64,000 nt of DNA. It comes from Pecten maximus. Lineage: Eukaryota. Under the pieces are notes generated by a model. The model was not told the origin of the DNA. It did no database searches and worked only from the letters and a program-made list of their open reading frames with translations. The DNA lies in contig NC_047029.1 of NCBI RefSeq assembly GCF_902652985.1, positions 21,018,001 to 21,082,000 of the forward strand, in the 5' to 3' direction. Below are positions 49,891 through 63,923 of this stretch, piece by piece; position 1 is the first letter of the stretch, and every line of letters starts with the position of its first letter. The position numbers were made by a program, and so were the translations under genes.

Positions 49891-51615
49891 TGTCGTGACG
49901 GACGACCCATGTACGTAAATATACGTCCGTGTACAACCAGGTGTAGACAACACCGATTGTAGTCACGCACGGCCAAACATCACCTTCGGGACGTGCTGAC
50001 ATAAACACTCGCTCAGAGTAGTCAACTCATCTGGTATATTCGCAGCATTTTGATATAAGCAAGTGCTCTCAGCAAAAGTTACAACTGAACCTGATCATCT
50101 CAACCCCCGACCTCACAACAGGACAACATAAGAAACAAAGACCCATCTTCCGTAGAAAGAACAGACGTTCGGACCAAAACTTCGGACAAAGGACCGGTCG
50201 ACCCAAGTTAGCAATGCATGGGTCAGTCAGCTCTCCCCACCTCTGTTCCAAATCAAGAGCTGCCAAGTCAGTGGTTAAGTTGAGAATCCCCAAAAGCGCT
50301 GTCACATCATCCAGCATCACCCAGCGCCAGAGGACGACTACAACCCCGTAGCAGATACCATCCCCGAGCTGCTGGGTACAAAACGGACATGGGCATGCAT
50401 ACCTGCCGTCCGGAGAATAGGCACTACAGACGACACTGCCCAAGGAACTACACCAAGTCGACCGCTGTATAGGAGCAGGAAACATTAGACCACTCAACAA
50501 ATTTGTCAAGGAATAATATCCTGAATTTGTGGGCCACATACGGCACACCAAATACCGCAAGGTTCTTTCCGGTGGACGACTGATCAACCACAAAGAACCC
50601 GAGGTCAGCTTGCAGCTCTGCAACCGACCATGGTGACCGTTCCCCTCACCCTCACCCGCGGTACCCGACATAACAAAAGACTAGTGGTGGTAACGAGTTA
50701 TTTCCACCGGGGGCGTAATGTCAGCGGACCTTCCATTATAGCAAGCAACGCCACCACACAGATGACCCTCAATCCAACAGAAAACTCGATGTAGCACATA
50801 TGACTCCTAACAATACCCATCGACACATCGAAGCACCGACCTCCGCATGGACCAGGAAGACGTTCAATATCTGTCTCCACATCAGTCACAGATAACAACG
50901 ACCCAGGCCCAACTTTCCTTCCTCGTCATCATTGAGCAAAGGATTCCCCCCAATGATAAAGTCGCAATAGCCGCAAACATGAGCTAGTGACTCATCCGAC
51001 TAGGGCCCAGTTGTTCGAAAGGTGATTAGCTTAATCACTTGGTTAGTGAAAATCTCATTTCTCCTTTACTTCAAAACCAGTGTGTGCATATTCCTGCAAA
51101 TAGGCAGATAGAAAGAGATTGAAGAACGCTACAAAATTTCACAAAAATGTTGTGAAGATAGTTTGGCAAGAAATGATTTTCTCAGGATTTTAAGATTGTT
51201 ATAAAACTGCGATTAACCTTATCACCTTTGAACAACTGGCCACAGGTGTGAAACCAATACGTAGCCAGGACACTGTAAAAATATCTTCAGCCATGAAGAC
51301 TGTTCCGGGGAATCCGCTGCCGACCACTCCAATCCTGCTACGGCAAGAAACAAAGACACGTTAGGAGGTCGAGCTCACCATTCCACTCATCCTCGTCTGG
51401 GAATCACACAAGACGTAGGTTACAGGACAGAATACATCATGGAACCCAGGTGGAAACTTAACCATGCTCTCTGATTTGTCCAGAAATCCATGTCCTATAT
51501 CGGTTTCTATCCCGTGCAAAATCAATACCAGGTTCACTCAACCTCCACCCCCGCCTAACTGAATTGGGAAGAGAATCTCAGCCTTATCCTCTGTATGCTG
51601 AATTACGTCACCACA
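49891..51615. mobile_element. GC-richer insertion with LTR-like TG...CA termini
   Basis: TGTCGTGACG ... CGTCACCACA imperfect inverted ends and a composition shift from the flanks; no TSD or recognisable protein domain. Confidence 0.35.
51004..51241. mobile_element. PIF/Harbinger-type MITE nested in the above
   Basis: GGCCCAGTTGTTCGAAAGGTGAT ... ATCACCTTTGAACAACTGGCC TIRs. Confidence 0.75.
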
Positions 51616-52043
51616 AGGTTCAAGGGTCATTTGTTCCGGAGAGTTCCGACAATTTTCAGATATAAGGGAAGACTTCCTGGGCCTCATCACAAGATCACTA
51701 ATTTCAGTAAAGATATCTGACAGCGTACGTCAATGAACGTTAAGTGATAAGAACATTCAAACAACGTTTAATTGTTCATTGATCAAGCATAGTTCATAGT
51801 GTCCAACGATATACAATAGTTTCTTGGTTTCGAGCAAATTTTAATCAAGATGCTAAACCACATCCAAGTTTTACAGAAAACATTACATATATTACATGGC
51901 AAACTTCAATAGACGTCAGTAACTGGGGTAGCGATGTAGATAATATAAATGATAAGTAAAATTACACCCGTTTTGGAAAAATAACAACGCAAACAACATT
52001 TAAAACAAAGACAGTATCTATAATGGTACACTATGTGACTAGT

Positions 52044-55000
52044 CTACCAATCAGCGTCTTCCTCCACGGGCTGTGCTTTCTTTGGCTTTTTCGTAGCTGT
52101 CTTTTTAGAGGACGAAGTCGTAGCCTTCCTGTGCTTGTCGGATGACTTGGAAGGCGAGGCCGTCTTACTAGATTTCGGGTTGTCGGAGGCGGTGGCGGCC
52201 GAGTCGGAAGTTGTGGCTTTCGTTTTTGTCGGCTTGTCCGGTGAAATGGGTGTCACTCTGTTCTTCTTTTTGATGACCACGTGGTACACAATGATCGCTG
52301 CAATGATGACGACAATTATGGTTCCGGCCAAAATGCCAATGGCGAGAATCGTGTGTTCTCCAAGACTCATCACAGCGCCAACGACATGGTCAAACCAGGT
52401 GCAACCGGCCTAGAAAGGATTAAAGATAATAATGTAGAACATTTAGTATTTCATTTTGTATATTATTACTTTTCTACTTATTATACCGTATAGCGGGAAA
52501 TTTTAGCGGTCATAAAATTTGATGATTTGGTCATGAAAACTGAAAGTAAAATTTTGGCGGGTTGAAATTTAGCTATTTCCCTTAAATCTATGGTTTTGAT
52601 TTGGCGTTCAGCATATATATTACCTACCGGTATATATAGATAATTATGTAATGTCCATACATCCTATCCATGTTGATTCAGTGTGTTGTGTATTATCGAT
52701 ACTCTGTCTCGAAACCGGAAACTATTACCAAAAATCGTCAGAGGAACACATACATGTAGATTTGCTAAATCAGTGTTTATATGAGTAATGTGTACAAGCA
52801 ATAGACAAGGGGATTTAATCAACTGTATTATAAGCGGTTATCTGTTTATGATGTGTATACGTACAGGTAAGTTTAACAATGAGTCTACGGGTATTTACCT
52901 TTCTACTTTTTTTTTTTTTTTTTATTTTCACACCCAAAACGTAATTGCCGCAAAAAACGTGACGTTACAATACGACCATTGACCTAGTGTAATTGTAAAC
53001 TTTATAACAATTGCGAAACAAGATGTATCAACTTATATTAATCACGCTTGATATTCTTCGATGAGGTAGCATTATGAAGTCGACATCAGCTCCACGTCAT
53101 CACAAGGAGACAAACACATTCAACACATGCGTGCACGCATCTCACACACACGAGAAGCCGTCCTTAAATGATCTTAGTTGTTAATAGATATGACGCTGAA
53201 CACTAAAAAAACCTAGTTAAGCTGTTTCCATCACCTGAGGTGGTATTTATGATAGTTCTGACGACTATCTATCACTTTAAATAATAGATTGTTATGGCAA
53301 GTCTAGCCCGAGTTTCCTCTGACCCTGACACTATGTTTGGTGTAGGGCCCAGTGGAAAATTGGGCAATGGCAAGCCAAATTATCATTTATTCATGGAGCA
53401 ATGTTGGTCCAGCACTTCACTAATCCAAGTTGGTTGAATAAATGACAACTTGGTTTGCCATAAAGTGTACATGAGTGTTATACATCGGCTGAAATGAAAT
53501 ACATTTTAAATAATACTCTAGTTTGTGTATTTTTTAATCTGAGGACCATTCCCTACAAGTTGATTATTATCAAGGATCATTCCTAAAATCCAAGTCTTTA
53601 AAGTTTCAGTTTTCTCAGAAAGCTTGGTGAATGTAAAGTGCAGTCACCTTTGTATTATCCTCATCAGCACCGTCAACACAGTGGTTCACGCCGTCACACT
53701 TCAGCGAGTCGTCAATACATCTACAAAGCAATGTTTAAACAATTTGTAACACAGAAAACAATACTGGTGACGTCTCCCAACAATAAACATGGGAATAATG
53801 AATATTCGAGGTAAAATAGTCCTTCAAATAATAAATTTGTCATGATTTTAAAGGCATTTTAGAGGAAGAGTTGTTTTGTCTCTTTTTATAACTTGCGAAT
53901 TTCACAATTTGCAATGTGGTCGCATCATAACTTCCTTAAAATTGCAATTTAACAGCCGAGTACATTTCAATTGAGTCTTATGAGTGCACGTTTTAAAGCC
54001 ACCTACTCACGAAAAAAACATAAATCAATGTTTACACATATGAGCTTTTTACAGTTTTCGGACCTGATACATATCTAACAGATTATCGTGAATCAGAAAC
54101 TGAAATAAAATGTGTATTTATGAAAGTATACGGGGAATTCCCAAAAATAATAACTGTGGCTGCCGGACCAAGTTTCTCTGAAAATTAGTCCCACAATGCA
54201 ACAGCGGGTTTGCCGCAAGCGTGGAACTGCGAAAACGCAGACAGATTCTGCCAAAAAAGACACAAAAGTGTGTGGAATCGGCAAAACCCGAGTATTTCCT
54301 TAGGAAAGGAAATGATTCGTTGGGACTTAACGAGAGAAGAAAAGGGAATAGACTCGAATTCCGATTTTTCCGGACGTCTATTGGATTGCTGGTTAGCTTT
54401 TGAACATTGTCAACTTCACCGATCTACGATTTTATCGATGTTTTGTTGTATGCATATTGCTACATTTTAAAATTAACTATTAAATGTAAACTATGTTTGT
54501 TCGGCATAGCCGTATAATTTTCTTTTGGCCTGGATATGACGCGACAGGTGGCGTTACCGGTCAAGATAAAGTATGTGATTGGTCAATGTAGCGGTCAATG
54601 CAAAATACAGATATGCAGTTAAAAACGAAACAAAGTTAAGATTGAATGCAAGCTGAATAAATGGATGTATCTTTTCAAATGACACATTAATAAAATTGTA
54701 TTCTTGATTCGTGATTCAAACTGATATTATTTTGTTTTCTGTACTGAAACGCATTAGTTCGTTCATTTATTTCACCATCAGTTAAATATTATAACCACCA
54801 GCACTAAAACTATGCCGTTTATCTTTTTTTTAAGATATTTCTTGTTTTACACTGATGTCTCAAGGACTCCCCCGGCCAAGCGTCCAGGCCAGTGGTCATT
54901 TTAATGTTGGGAGAGCGTGAATGAGCATCTTAGAATGCCATTAATATACGTGTGCAACTAGAATTTTAGGTTGTTCGGGAGTATGTGGCGTTAAAGCTCT

Positions 55001-57828
55001 TTGACGCAGTGTACCTTGTGACATCACATTTGAATTCCCCTGCTTGACATGCACCAGCATTCGTTCGGAATGACGTCAGAAGGATTTTAAAGCCGCTCTG
55101 TTCAGAAGTCCCATCACTGTTGAAGATTATTGTGATGTTTTCCGTATCAGAAACGTACGCAGGTACGGCTGTTAAATAGAACCAAAAGAAAAGTAAAAAA
55201 TTAGTTCAACAATTATGACAGTACGGCCATGGATGCTGTAGGGATCTGTTTTCTTGGTACTTGATATCCCGTGGTAACACAACTGAACCCACTTTACGAC
55301 ATAGAAGATCACATATTTGTAGACGATTGGCTTTTCTGTGGGAAAATAAAACTAATTCGGGACACATTAAATTTGCATTGAGAAAAAAGGCATATGTAAT
55401 TATATGTTCATACATCAAATCACTACCTTGTTACCATAACAAAAATCGTGTAGGTAAACACCTAGCGGAATTTTGATTCAAAAGTGACGTCATGACTGCA
55501 ACCTGTAAGTACTTGACATTACACATTTATAGTGACGTCACCAAAGACATTTTACATTTCATTGCAATCCCTGACAATAATGTTCTACCAAATGTTTGCC
55601 AAAATATAATAGTTATGTGACAGACCATTACATGTTCATGCGTTTCTGGATTAAACGAGTATAAATACGCTCGTTTGATATACATGTATAACGTTATCTC
55701 ATGTAAGATTCGTTTTATATATTTGAAAACTTTTTAAAGGAACTATGATCTGTTCTCGCTCGTCCTCCGAGGTGAGGGTCGGTGGGGATACTATACAAAC
55801 AGATGGAGATCAACACTTTTCGCAACACCACATAAATATAGAAACAATGCATAGTATCCAAAAACAATGAACATCTCCCTACGTCACAATACAAAACAAC
55901 GTCACAATACAAAACAATGCATGTACATACGCATGTGCACTGACCAGAGTTTCCTCTGGCCCTGACACCAGACATAGACATTCTGATAGATACAATGTGG
56001 ATCCTGGTGAAGGTATCTGTCAGAATGTCTATGTCTGGCGTCAGGGTCAGAGGAAACTCGGACTAGTATGTGCACGCGTTTCACGTTACCTTGGCTCCCA
56101 CAGTATGTAAAGTTTTCGTCCCTCCCGAGCTCTTCGATCGTAACGTAATCCTGACATCCGGAACTAGTTGGTTCTTGAAGGCTGAACTTCAGAAATTGAA
56201 CCAAAACTCGTTTGCCTTTGGAATAAAATGAATTAGAATAATTATAGACATGCATTTTGTAGTAATTTTTGTTTATAAGTGGGAGTTTGAAAAGTGACGG
56301 GGGTGGGGCTGGGGTCTTTTACATTAATCTTCTCAATGTCCTATATGTAATGCTGATAAACCTAGTTTCCTGATTCTCCCCATGTATGTGAGGTATTTCA
56401 TTTCCAATAGCTGGTCGTTTTAGCATTGGCGTACACGTGCGCCTGTGAGTGACATAAAGGATGTTTCGAGGTATGGACGTACGGTGCCTTATAGAGGGTG
56501 AGAAACATGTTTTTTTTTCATAAAGTAACAAAAGTTCAAAGTGACTTTTGACATTCACCAAAAACCTAACCGTTCAGTATAGAACGCCATGATGTGATGA
56601 CCTTGGCGTGTGATGTTGTAGTGGGAATGTGGCGCGACAAAAGTATTTGGTCACGTAATATTTTGACTATATATTTCATGCATACACACAATGTATTAAC
56701 TAGATTTCAACACAGTCGTCTGTATCTGGTTAGTATTTACGGAGAGAAGAAATTAGCCCCTACTCATACTATATAAAGAAAGTGTATAACATTTGAAAAG
56801 GAAACGTCGGAAGTGGGGGAGGGTTGAGGGTTTGGTGGGGGGGGGGGGTGTCGAGCTCCGATTCACTTTGAATTTCAGTTAAAATCTGGCTAAAATATCA
56901 ACGCACAGAAACTTCAGTAAAGTACTTTTGTTTAGAATCCTTATATATCAACGCATGTTATTGTTTTTTTCGTGTGACAATGAAAATGGAACCAAAGTGG
57001 TGTGCTAGCGGACGATGAATCGACTGTGGAACGTTAGTAGGCTATTATTTTCATAACGTCCTTTTTCAACGGAATTTATTGGGGGAAAATTTACATATCT
57101 GTAGATAATAATTTACTCATTCTTCTGATATTTGTTTAAATTTCCGTCGTCGATTTTAAGAGATATTGCACGTTACAATTTTAAAATTTTATCATTTGTT
57201 ATTATTTAGTAAGAATAAAGCAGAAAACGACGTCACATTTTTCTTTCGGTGCATATGTTCGTCTATTTTGTGAAAATTAAGCACGGGAAAAATATTAAAA
57301 ATATCAAGTGAAAGAGCTTACAATTGTCTACTAATGTATTGAATTTCCTTGTATGGATTTTCATGGATTTTCAAGTGAAAATAGAAGTCATCAAAAATGA
57401 ATTGAAAATTTGACAAAATGCATGACGAATACTTTTGGCATGTTGCCTTATCTTGTACACAAGCTTATCATGGACACTCTCACGAACGGACAAATGCACA
57501 GACAAAATTATACACTTTTCACTAAGATAGGGGTGTGATTTGATACATGTATCAATACTGGAATACCTTCTCCGGAGTCAAATCCAACTGCACAGTCCTC
57601 ATTAGCGCGGTATCCGATCAAAGTTCCAAACTGATAAGCTCCGACATGAGAACGCAAATAGGCGCTTTTCTCTCCTGTAATAACTTCCGAACAAACGCCA
57701 AATTGTCCATTCTGGGTGTAATAGTCAGCGATCAAATTGAATGATTCGACAGATGGAAGAAATACGCATGCTACAACGCACAAACAGAAAACTACCATAC
57801 CATCATGTTGCTTCTTGAAAGACGTCAT
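52044..57828 (-). CDS. CUB-LDLa single-pass membrane protein (LDLRAD/NETO/Culd-like architecture), 5 exons, 326 aa
   Basis: Exons 57828-57567, 56215-56090, 55168-55015, 53720-53648 and 52409-52044, all AG/GT and phase-consistent, total 981 nt. Signal peptide MVVFCLCVVACVFLPSVES; CUB (C..YRANEDC...GKRVLVQFLKFSL..GCQDYV...YCGS...ITIIFNSDG..QSGFKI); LDLa CQAGEFKCDVTRCIDDSLKCDGVNHCVDGADEDNTKAGC; TM ILAIGILAGTIIVVIIAAIIVYHVVI; tail KKKNRVTP...VEEDADW. Candidate ATTAAA polyA signal at ~51766-51771. Confidence 0.92.
53366..53461. mobile_element. Small hairpin MITE-like element in intron 4
   Basis: ATGGCAAGCCAAATTATCATTTATTCA ... TGAATAAATGACAACTTGGTTTGCCAT imperfect inverted repeat. Confidence 0.55.
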
Positions 57829-59292
57829 TTTGCAATGGTCGCCAACGATCTTATGACGTCATAATGGCTGCGCGGGAGAAATGACGTTACAGCTTCGCAC
57901 AGAGTGGCTGCAGAACCTAATATCAAGAATGACAATCAATAGATAAAGGTGATTGGCCGGTCGTCACTGTCAAACGTCCAATCAACACATTCACTCACGG
58001 GATGGTCACTGCTTTAAACTGCAATTTAATCGAAATAGCATGTCGCACATTTGCCTGCTATCTCTCCATTATACCAACATCGAAATGGATAAGTTATGAT
58101 TCCTTGTAGATCAATTTCAATGCTGCGTGTCGAGCAGGGAACTGTCAAGAGTACTTCAAAATGAATTTTGGAATGTCATGGCCAGGAAAAAGAACCCTTA
58201 GCGTGTGGAACGCCCAACTTAAAGAGTAAAACTGCTTTATGGTTAATGTATTACTCACAGTGTGTGGCAATGACTTGGATGATCAGGGTCATTAATCAAA
58301 GGAACATTAGCTGGATAAAATGGAAGATTTGTTTTTCATTATTAAATGAACGATTTCAAAACCGTTTCTATAATTTAAACATATCATTAATATTATTTCT
58401 TTTGCAACAACTGCGAAATAAGTTATAAAAATTAATATAAATCACACTTGTTGGCCCTGGTGGAAATTGCATTTAAAAAATCTACTGTTGGTTTGTTATT
58501 TTCTGTCTAATAGACGATCATTTTAGCGATGCTAATAGTATTTGTTGTTGATATTAATTGCATATATGGAAATTGATTTTTCTTTCTTTTTTTTTGTTTT
58601 TTTTTTTTTGTTTTTTTGTTTCTTTTTACCCTGTTGGAAACGTAATTAATCCCGATCGAAAAAAACGGATTAATGCTTGTCTAACTTTTGATCATAATAA
58701 CGCAGCTTATGGAGTTTGATTATCTATGATAAAAAAAAGGAATAACAATTAATTCCTGTAGTTATGATGATTTAGCATTGTATTGAAACAGAGACGTATG
58801 TATCACACATCATGTCATATATATGTCTCTGATTGAAATAATATTGTTTTCAGAAATAGTATTTGGTTATTTTATATCTGATTACTGATAATACTTGGCA
58901 AAGCCAAACTCAATACATTTTCTTGAATTGAATATCAACTAGATGTGATCATATATTTTAACGCTAATCCTCTAAAATCAATACGTGATAATATGATTAA
59001 TAGATTTTGATGTGTATTCACGAACTCTTTCTTGCGAACCTTTGTCTATGTTAGATATTCTATATGTTTATGCCTATCTAAATGTTTTCATGTAATATAT
59101 TTGTATGATCGTCTATAACTTTAAAAAATGTGCCTAAACTATGTTTAAAGTCAAAAAGTTAAAGTGATAGATTAATTAATCTTCCCAGCATGGGTTATCA
59201 TTCGTGGATTTGGCCGCACATTTTCCGGATTTTTTCCACCGCTGTTCTGGTCAGAAACTAGCATATTCTTTGTTGTGACGTCATTTTCCAAG
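57829..59292. promoter_or_regulatory. Divergent intergenic promoter region with CRE palindromes near both start codons
   Basis: TTATGACGTCATAA (57851-57864) and TGACGTCA (59276-59283); CCAAT boxes at ~57952 (minus) and ~57978 (plus). Confidence 0.5.
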
Positions 59293-59396
59293 ATGTCTGC
59301 GTCCACGGAAAACGTGGACGAGAAGAAAATTGTTGCTTCAGTGCGTGCCGGAGCTAATCTGGTCCATTCAAAGCCTTTGTTTTCACACGATTCAAA
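59293..59396 (+). CDS. WDR75: First coding exon of WD repeat-containing protein 75 (UTP17/NAN1 orthologue); remainder apparently outside the window
   Basis: MSASTENVDEKKIVASVRAGANLVHSKPLFSHDSK followed by a phase-2 donor AA|GTAAGA. Resembles, from memory, the vertebrate WDR75 N-terminus (..VVRCGGSELNFRRAVFSADSK). No matching exon 2 found before 64000. Confidence 0.7.
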
Positions 59397-59510
59397 GTAA
59401 GATTTTAATAGACTTATTTTAAAGTATAATGCATGATCCTCACTGGCTTAGCATGGAGTAGTTAATGATTTTGTCAACATCAAACTGTTTGGTTTCATTT
59501 TGATTGGGTT

Positions 59511-60090
59511 GGGGTATTTACCGAAACGGACCGAAACGGAGATGGAATTACCGAAACGGAGGAAAATGGGGCTTAAATTAGCATTCTTTTCAGAGAACGG
59601 ACCCGAATATATGTTCTACAGTGCCTAACTGTGTCATATGTAAAATATCGGGGGTTTATTTGACCGAGAAGTATTTTAATTCGATTTTTTAATTATTCGC
59701 GATTAGCGGCCCGATTGTCGTCCGGGTTGCATTACCGAAATGGCCGATAATGGACCCGAAATCGATATTGTTACAAGAGAATGGACCAAATATTGTATTA
59801 TTTGGTGTGTATAGATGTCAGAGGTAAAATATGTTTTATTTATTTTGCCTAGAAGTATTTAAAAATAATTATCAAAATATCCGATCCACGACCCCATTGC
59901 CGTCATAGTTGAATTACCGAAATGGCCGATAATGGATCCTAAACCGATATTTTTACGGGGTAATGGACCCAATAAAGTATTCTTTGGTATATAAAGAAGT
60001 CATATGTAAAACATTTTTGATATGTTTTCTCTAGAAGTATTTTAAAATCATTATCCAAAAACCCGAACCACAACCTAATTTTCGTTTACG
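59511..60090. repeat. ~182-bp degenerate tandem x3, probably a transposon subterminal region in WDR75 intron 1
   Basis: ATTACCGAAA(T/C)GG...GGA(C/T)CC at ~59547, 59731 and 59913. Confidence 0.65.
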
Positions 60091-61868
60091 CATTGGTCAT
60101 GAATAAAAAAGGAGCCGGAAAACAGAAATCCGGATATTTATTTAAAACAAAAACAAACAAAAAACTTCCACCTGCTTTATGACATGATTTGGACTTCAAC
60201 ATTTTTGTGTTATTGAAGATATCAGAGATTTTCCAGCTATTAATGAATGATGTCAGTTCAGGGTGAGTAACACAAATTAATTCCATCAAGTACACAATAT
60301 AAAACTTACTTATCCAATATTTTAATTATTAAATGACAAACATTTGCGGGACAAGTTATGCTTTTTTACAACAGTTCTTCGCCTACAGAACATTTGATGA
60401 GATTATTATGATATGCATTGTATAATGTGTTGTCGTTCTATACTTATTGGGAAATTGGTAAGGCTTTATTATCAAAATATGTGTTTCCATGAAAAAAATT
60501 TTGATTTGACCATTTTTGCAATCTAGTGCACATTGTTTATTTCAGTATTTGTTTCAAACGATTTCTTTAAACTTTTAAATATTTAACTTTGTAGTGTAAG
60601 TCAAGGTGAGGGTTATAACCACTCATAAGAATTTCAATGCAACATTATATGACATTCAATGTGTGCCATCCCTTGCTACTCTTGATGTCAGTACAAAATG
60701 CTCATCTCTGTATGGTTCCGATGTTTATAGTTTATGTAGATAGATTCAGCAGTCACGTCGGTCAAACTACCATAATAATTGTGTTGAAGATATCAATATG
60801 ACATTTATAATTATAAATCTTGTCGTTTTCATTCCCATGATGATCACTAGAAGACATTGTTGTTCAGACCTATCTTTGGTAAAAATTTTGATTCAAATTT
60901 TTAAACTTGATATCATTTCAGTTTTCATTAATGAAATGAAACATGTAGCATAATACATGAGCATTTATGTTTTTAATTATCTTTCGAAAACAAAATTAAA
61001 CTTAGTGCTTTAACCATTGTTTATAATCCAAATAATTGAAACCTCAACAAGATAAGACAAATAATTACTTTTCACATTTTATTGAGCACAAAAGGCAAAG
61101 ACATGAAATAAACAGTTGGCAATATGAAACAAGTCAAAGTTATAGAATAAATGTTTCCCTTGTGAGATATCATTTTTTGAAAACTTCACCCACTAATGGA
61201 AAATCACTCAAATAAATCTTTAGTGTAAACAGATAATAAAATATATGTTCTATAACTAATGAATTTAGCACTGTAATACTGCAAATTTACAAATTTAAAG
61301 CAAGCACTGTATTTTGCATAAAACCCCATAATTGGAATAATAAAAAGGAGACTAATTATTTTACAAAGTCGTGTATTCACTGCCAAAAAGGTATCATATA
61401 ACAAACAGGTATATTTTTAAGTAAAATGAAAAATACAAAGATTAAATTTTAATAAAAAAGAAAATGAGAAAACAAATGTGCAATATAATATCAGTTGTAT
61501 AGGTATGCATGGACAAAGTGATAAGCACAAAGAGAAAAAGTTATAATGTAAATTTCATTGGAATATATATATAACAGTTACACAAGAAAACAATGCTTCT
61601 AACATGCAGTTAGCCTTATATAGTTAATATAGGATGATAGAAAATATTCCCCTCAAAATATGTTAAAAGCTTAAACACTTATGAAAAAAATAAATCAACT
61701 TTTTGTGTGAACAAATAATGTAATATATATTGTATAACTGATTTTAAAACAAGCACAGTTAATGCATAAAACCCATAATTGGAATAAAATACAATAAAGA
61801 TTTCAAACAACTATTTCACGCAAACATGTCTGTATACTCATATTTAATACCAACAAGCACTTTAAAAA

Positions 61869-62480
61869 CAAGAGGCCCAGAGGGCCTGTATCGCTCACCT
61901 GGATTTCATGAGATATGAAACAAGAATGATGATTAAATATATTTGTTGCAGGTATTGCTATGTCAATATATCATAGGCATTTTATATGGGTACGTGAGGA
62001 TTTTATATAAAAAAATACATTAATCCATGAAATAAAATTAACTTTTGGCACAACCCCATAGGGATGCTACCACACAAATGTGAGTGATATCCATTGCTTA
62101 GTTTCAGAAAAGAAGTTGCTTAAACCAATTGAGCCCTTTTGACCCCGCCCTCTGCACCCCGGGGGGAGTGGGAGTCAGTTGCTTCCTTTATAAAATTTTG
62201 AATCCCTACCCAAAAGGATGTTACGTAATACTAGGCAAATATGAGCGATATCCCTTGCTTGGTTTCAGAGAAGAAGTCGTTTATATTAAGAGAGCCAAAT
62301 TGACCCCTTTTGGCCACGCCCCTCAGACCCCTTGGGGGCAGCCCCACCATTTGTACAATTTTGAATCCCCACCCAGGCCCCATAGTGATGCTACCAGGCA
62401 AATATGAGTGATATCCATTGCTGAGTTTCAGAGCAGAAGTTGTTTATATCAATTATATAAAACTGACCCCTTTTGGATAT
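61869..62480 (+). mobile_element. Left part of a HINE/Helentron-type element with ~160-bp internal repeats
   Basis: AACAAGAGGCCCAGAGGGCCTGT hairpin start (same architecture as 14945); GATATCCATTGCT..GTTTCAGA..AGAAGT recurs three times. Confidence 0.65.
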
Positions 62481-63875
62481 AATCCTCCAGTAGCTATCAA
62501 GAAGAAGTGATTAGCTATAATTGCCATTTATTACAATATATGTTTAAGTGAATGCTGGTTATTCGAAAAAGATGAATTTTATTTAAATGTTTATTGTAAA
62601 TATGTATTCCCAAGGAAAACTGGTTTTGATGAAAGTAATATAAAATATCTTCTATAAAACTGCTAAAAAGTAAGATGTTTTTAGTTGAAAATATACATGA
62701 TAGCGTAATGGTAAAAATTTGAAGAAAATCTAAAACATAGCTTGTTTGTGGTTTGCTATTTTGCACCTGAAATCAGTGTTTTCTCCAAAAATAACTCTAA
62801 AATAAGACTTATTTCAAATTTTGCAATATTCCACAACTACCTGTGGTAATTATAAATCAAATACAAAAATGTATTAATGTGTACATAACTGGAGATTTCA
62901 ATGCCAGAACTTATACCAGACCTGATATGATGGTTTGGTTACTACTCAGAATATAAATGAAATGAATAATTTAGGAAAATATCTGACACTTAGTTAAAAA
63001 TATTGTACTTGAATTGTTGAATGTATATATTTCAGTTTATCATAGGTTATAAGATAAAAAAAAAATTGCCTCTCTTCGTTGTATCTGTCTTTTTTTTTTC
63101 GAACTGCTCGGTTAATGGAAATTATGTAATATTCTATGAATCAAAGGGGGTTGATATGTACTTTACATGGATGTAATATTCAATGGGGTATATATGTAGG
63201 ATGTGTAATAATCAATTGGGGTAGATATGTACTTTACAAGGGTGTAATTATCGTGATCAATGGGGGTAGATATTTTGAGAAAGATCCCTTCTGTACTTAT
63301 GATGATTTCTGAAATAGCGATAACAAGAATTGTTTATTGAGGGCCAGTTTATTTGTCCATATACTTTAGAAGTTTAGAAACTTAAGTATAGACAGGCAAT
63401 TAAATTATAGTTTTAGATTTTAATAGTTGTTAAATTATCATAAATAACTTATAATAACTGAAATATCTTACACCTAGTACCATGTAACATGGAAAATCTT
63501 TATTTGTAGAGATGATGTAGATATGAAGGATGGCTCAGATATTTAGTAAACTTTTGCAATTCTGTTTGATGCATTCAGAACAAAAAACTCTGATATTATG
63601 AAATATAGAATTGTTTCCATTTCTTCAGTTAAATGACTACAAAAGGCCTTATTTCCTTCATTCTTACATGTAGAACATAAATAAGTAAATTCTATCATAT
63701 CTTTATCATATGAAATGCTCATTTCTATAGCCATAGGATTTGTATCCCCCTAACTTCTGTAAGATATGCCCAATTTATATATATATAAAGTAGCTGTAGA
63801 ATTTGTATACCCCCTTCATTATGTAAGATATGCTCATTCTGCAGCCATTAAGGATTTGTATCCCTCTACTTTATG

Positions 63876-63923
63876 GAAGAAGAAGAAAAAAGAAGTCAAG
63901 AAGAAGAAAAAGAAGAAGAAGAA
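63876..63923. repeat. (AAG)n-rich tract
   Basis: Imperfect GAA repeat; source of the poly-K ORF. Confidence 0.85.

Noticed and set aside
52135-52493. Plus-strand ORFs overlapping the last CUB-gene exon (likewise 37284..37550 and 57547..57744)
   Set aside because: Antisense shadows of real coding exons.
57508-57566. Extending CUB-gene exon 1 to the ORF-track stop or to the donor at 57546
   Set aside because: Only the phase-1 donor after 57567 joins exon 2 in frame and restores the CUB strand GKRVLVQF.
60374-60800. Candidate WDR75 exon 2
   Set aside because: Acceptor candidates at ~60374, ~60595 and ~60740 give stops or no WD40-like sequence in the required phase.
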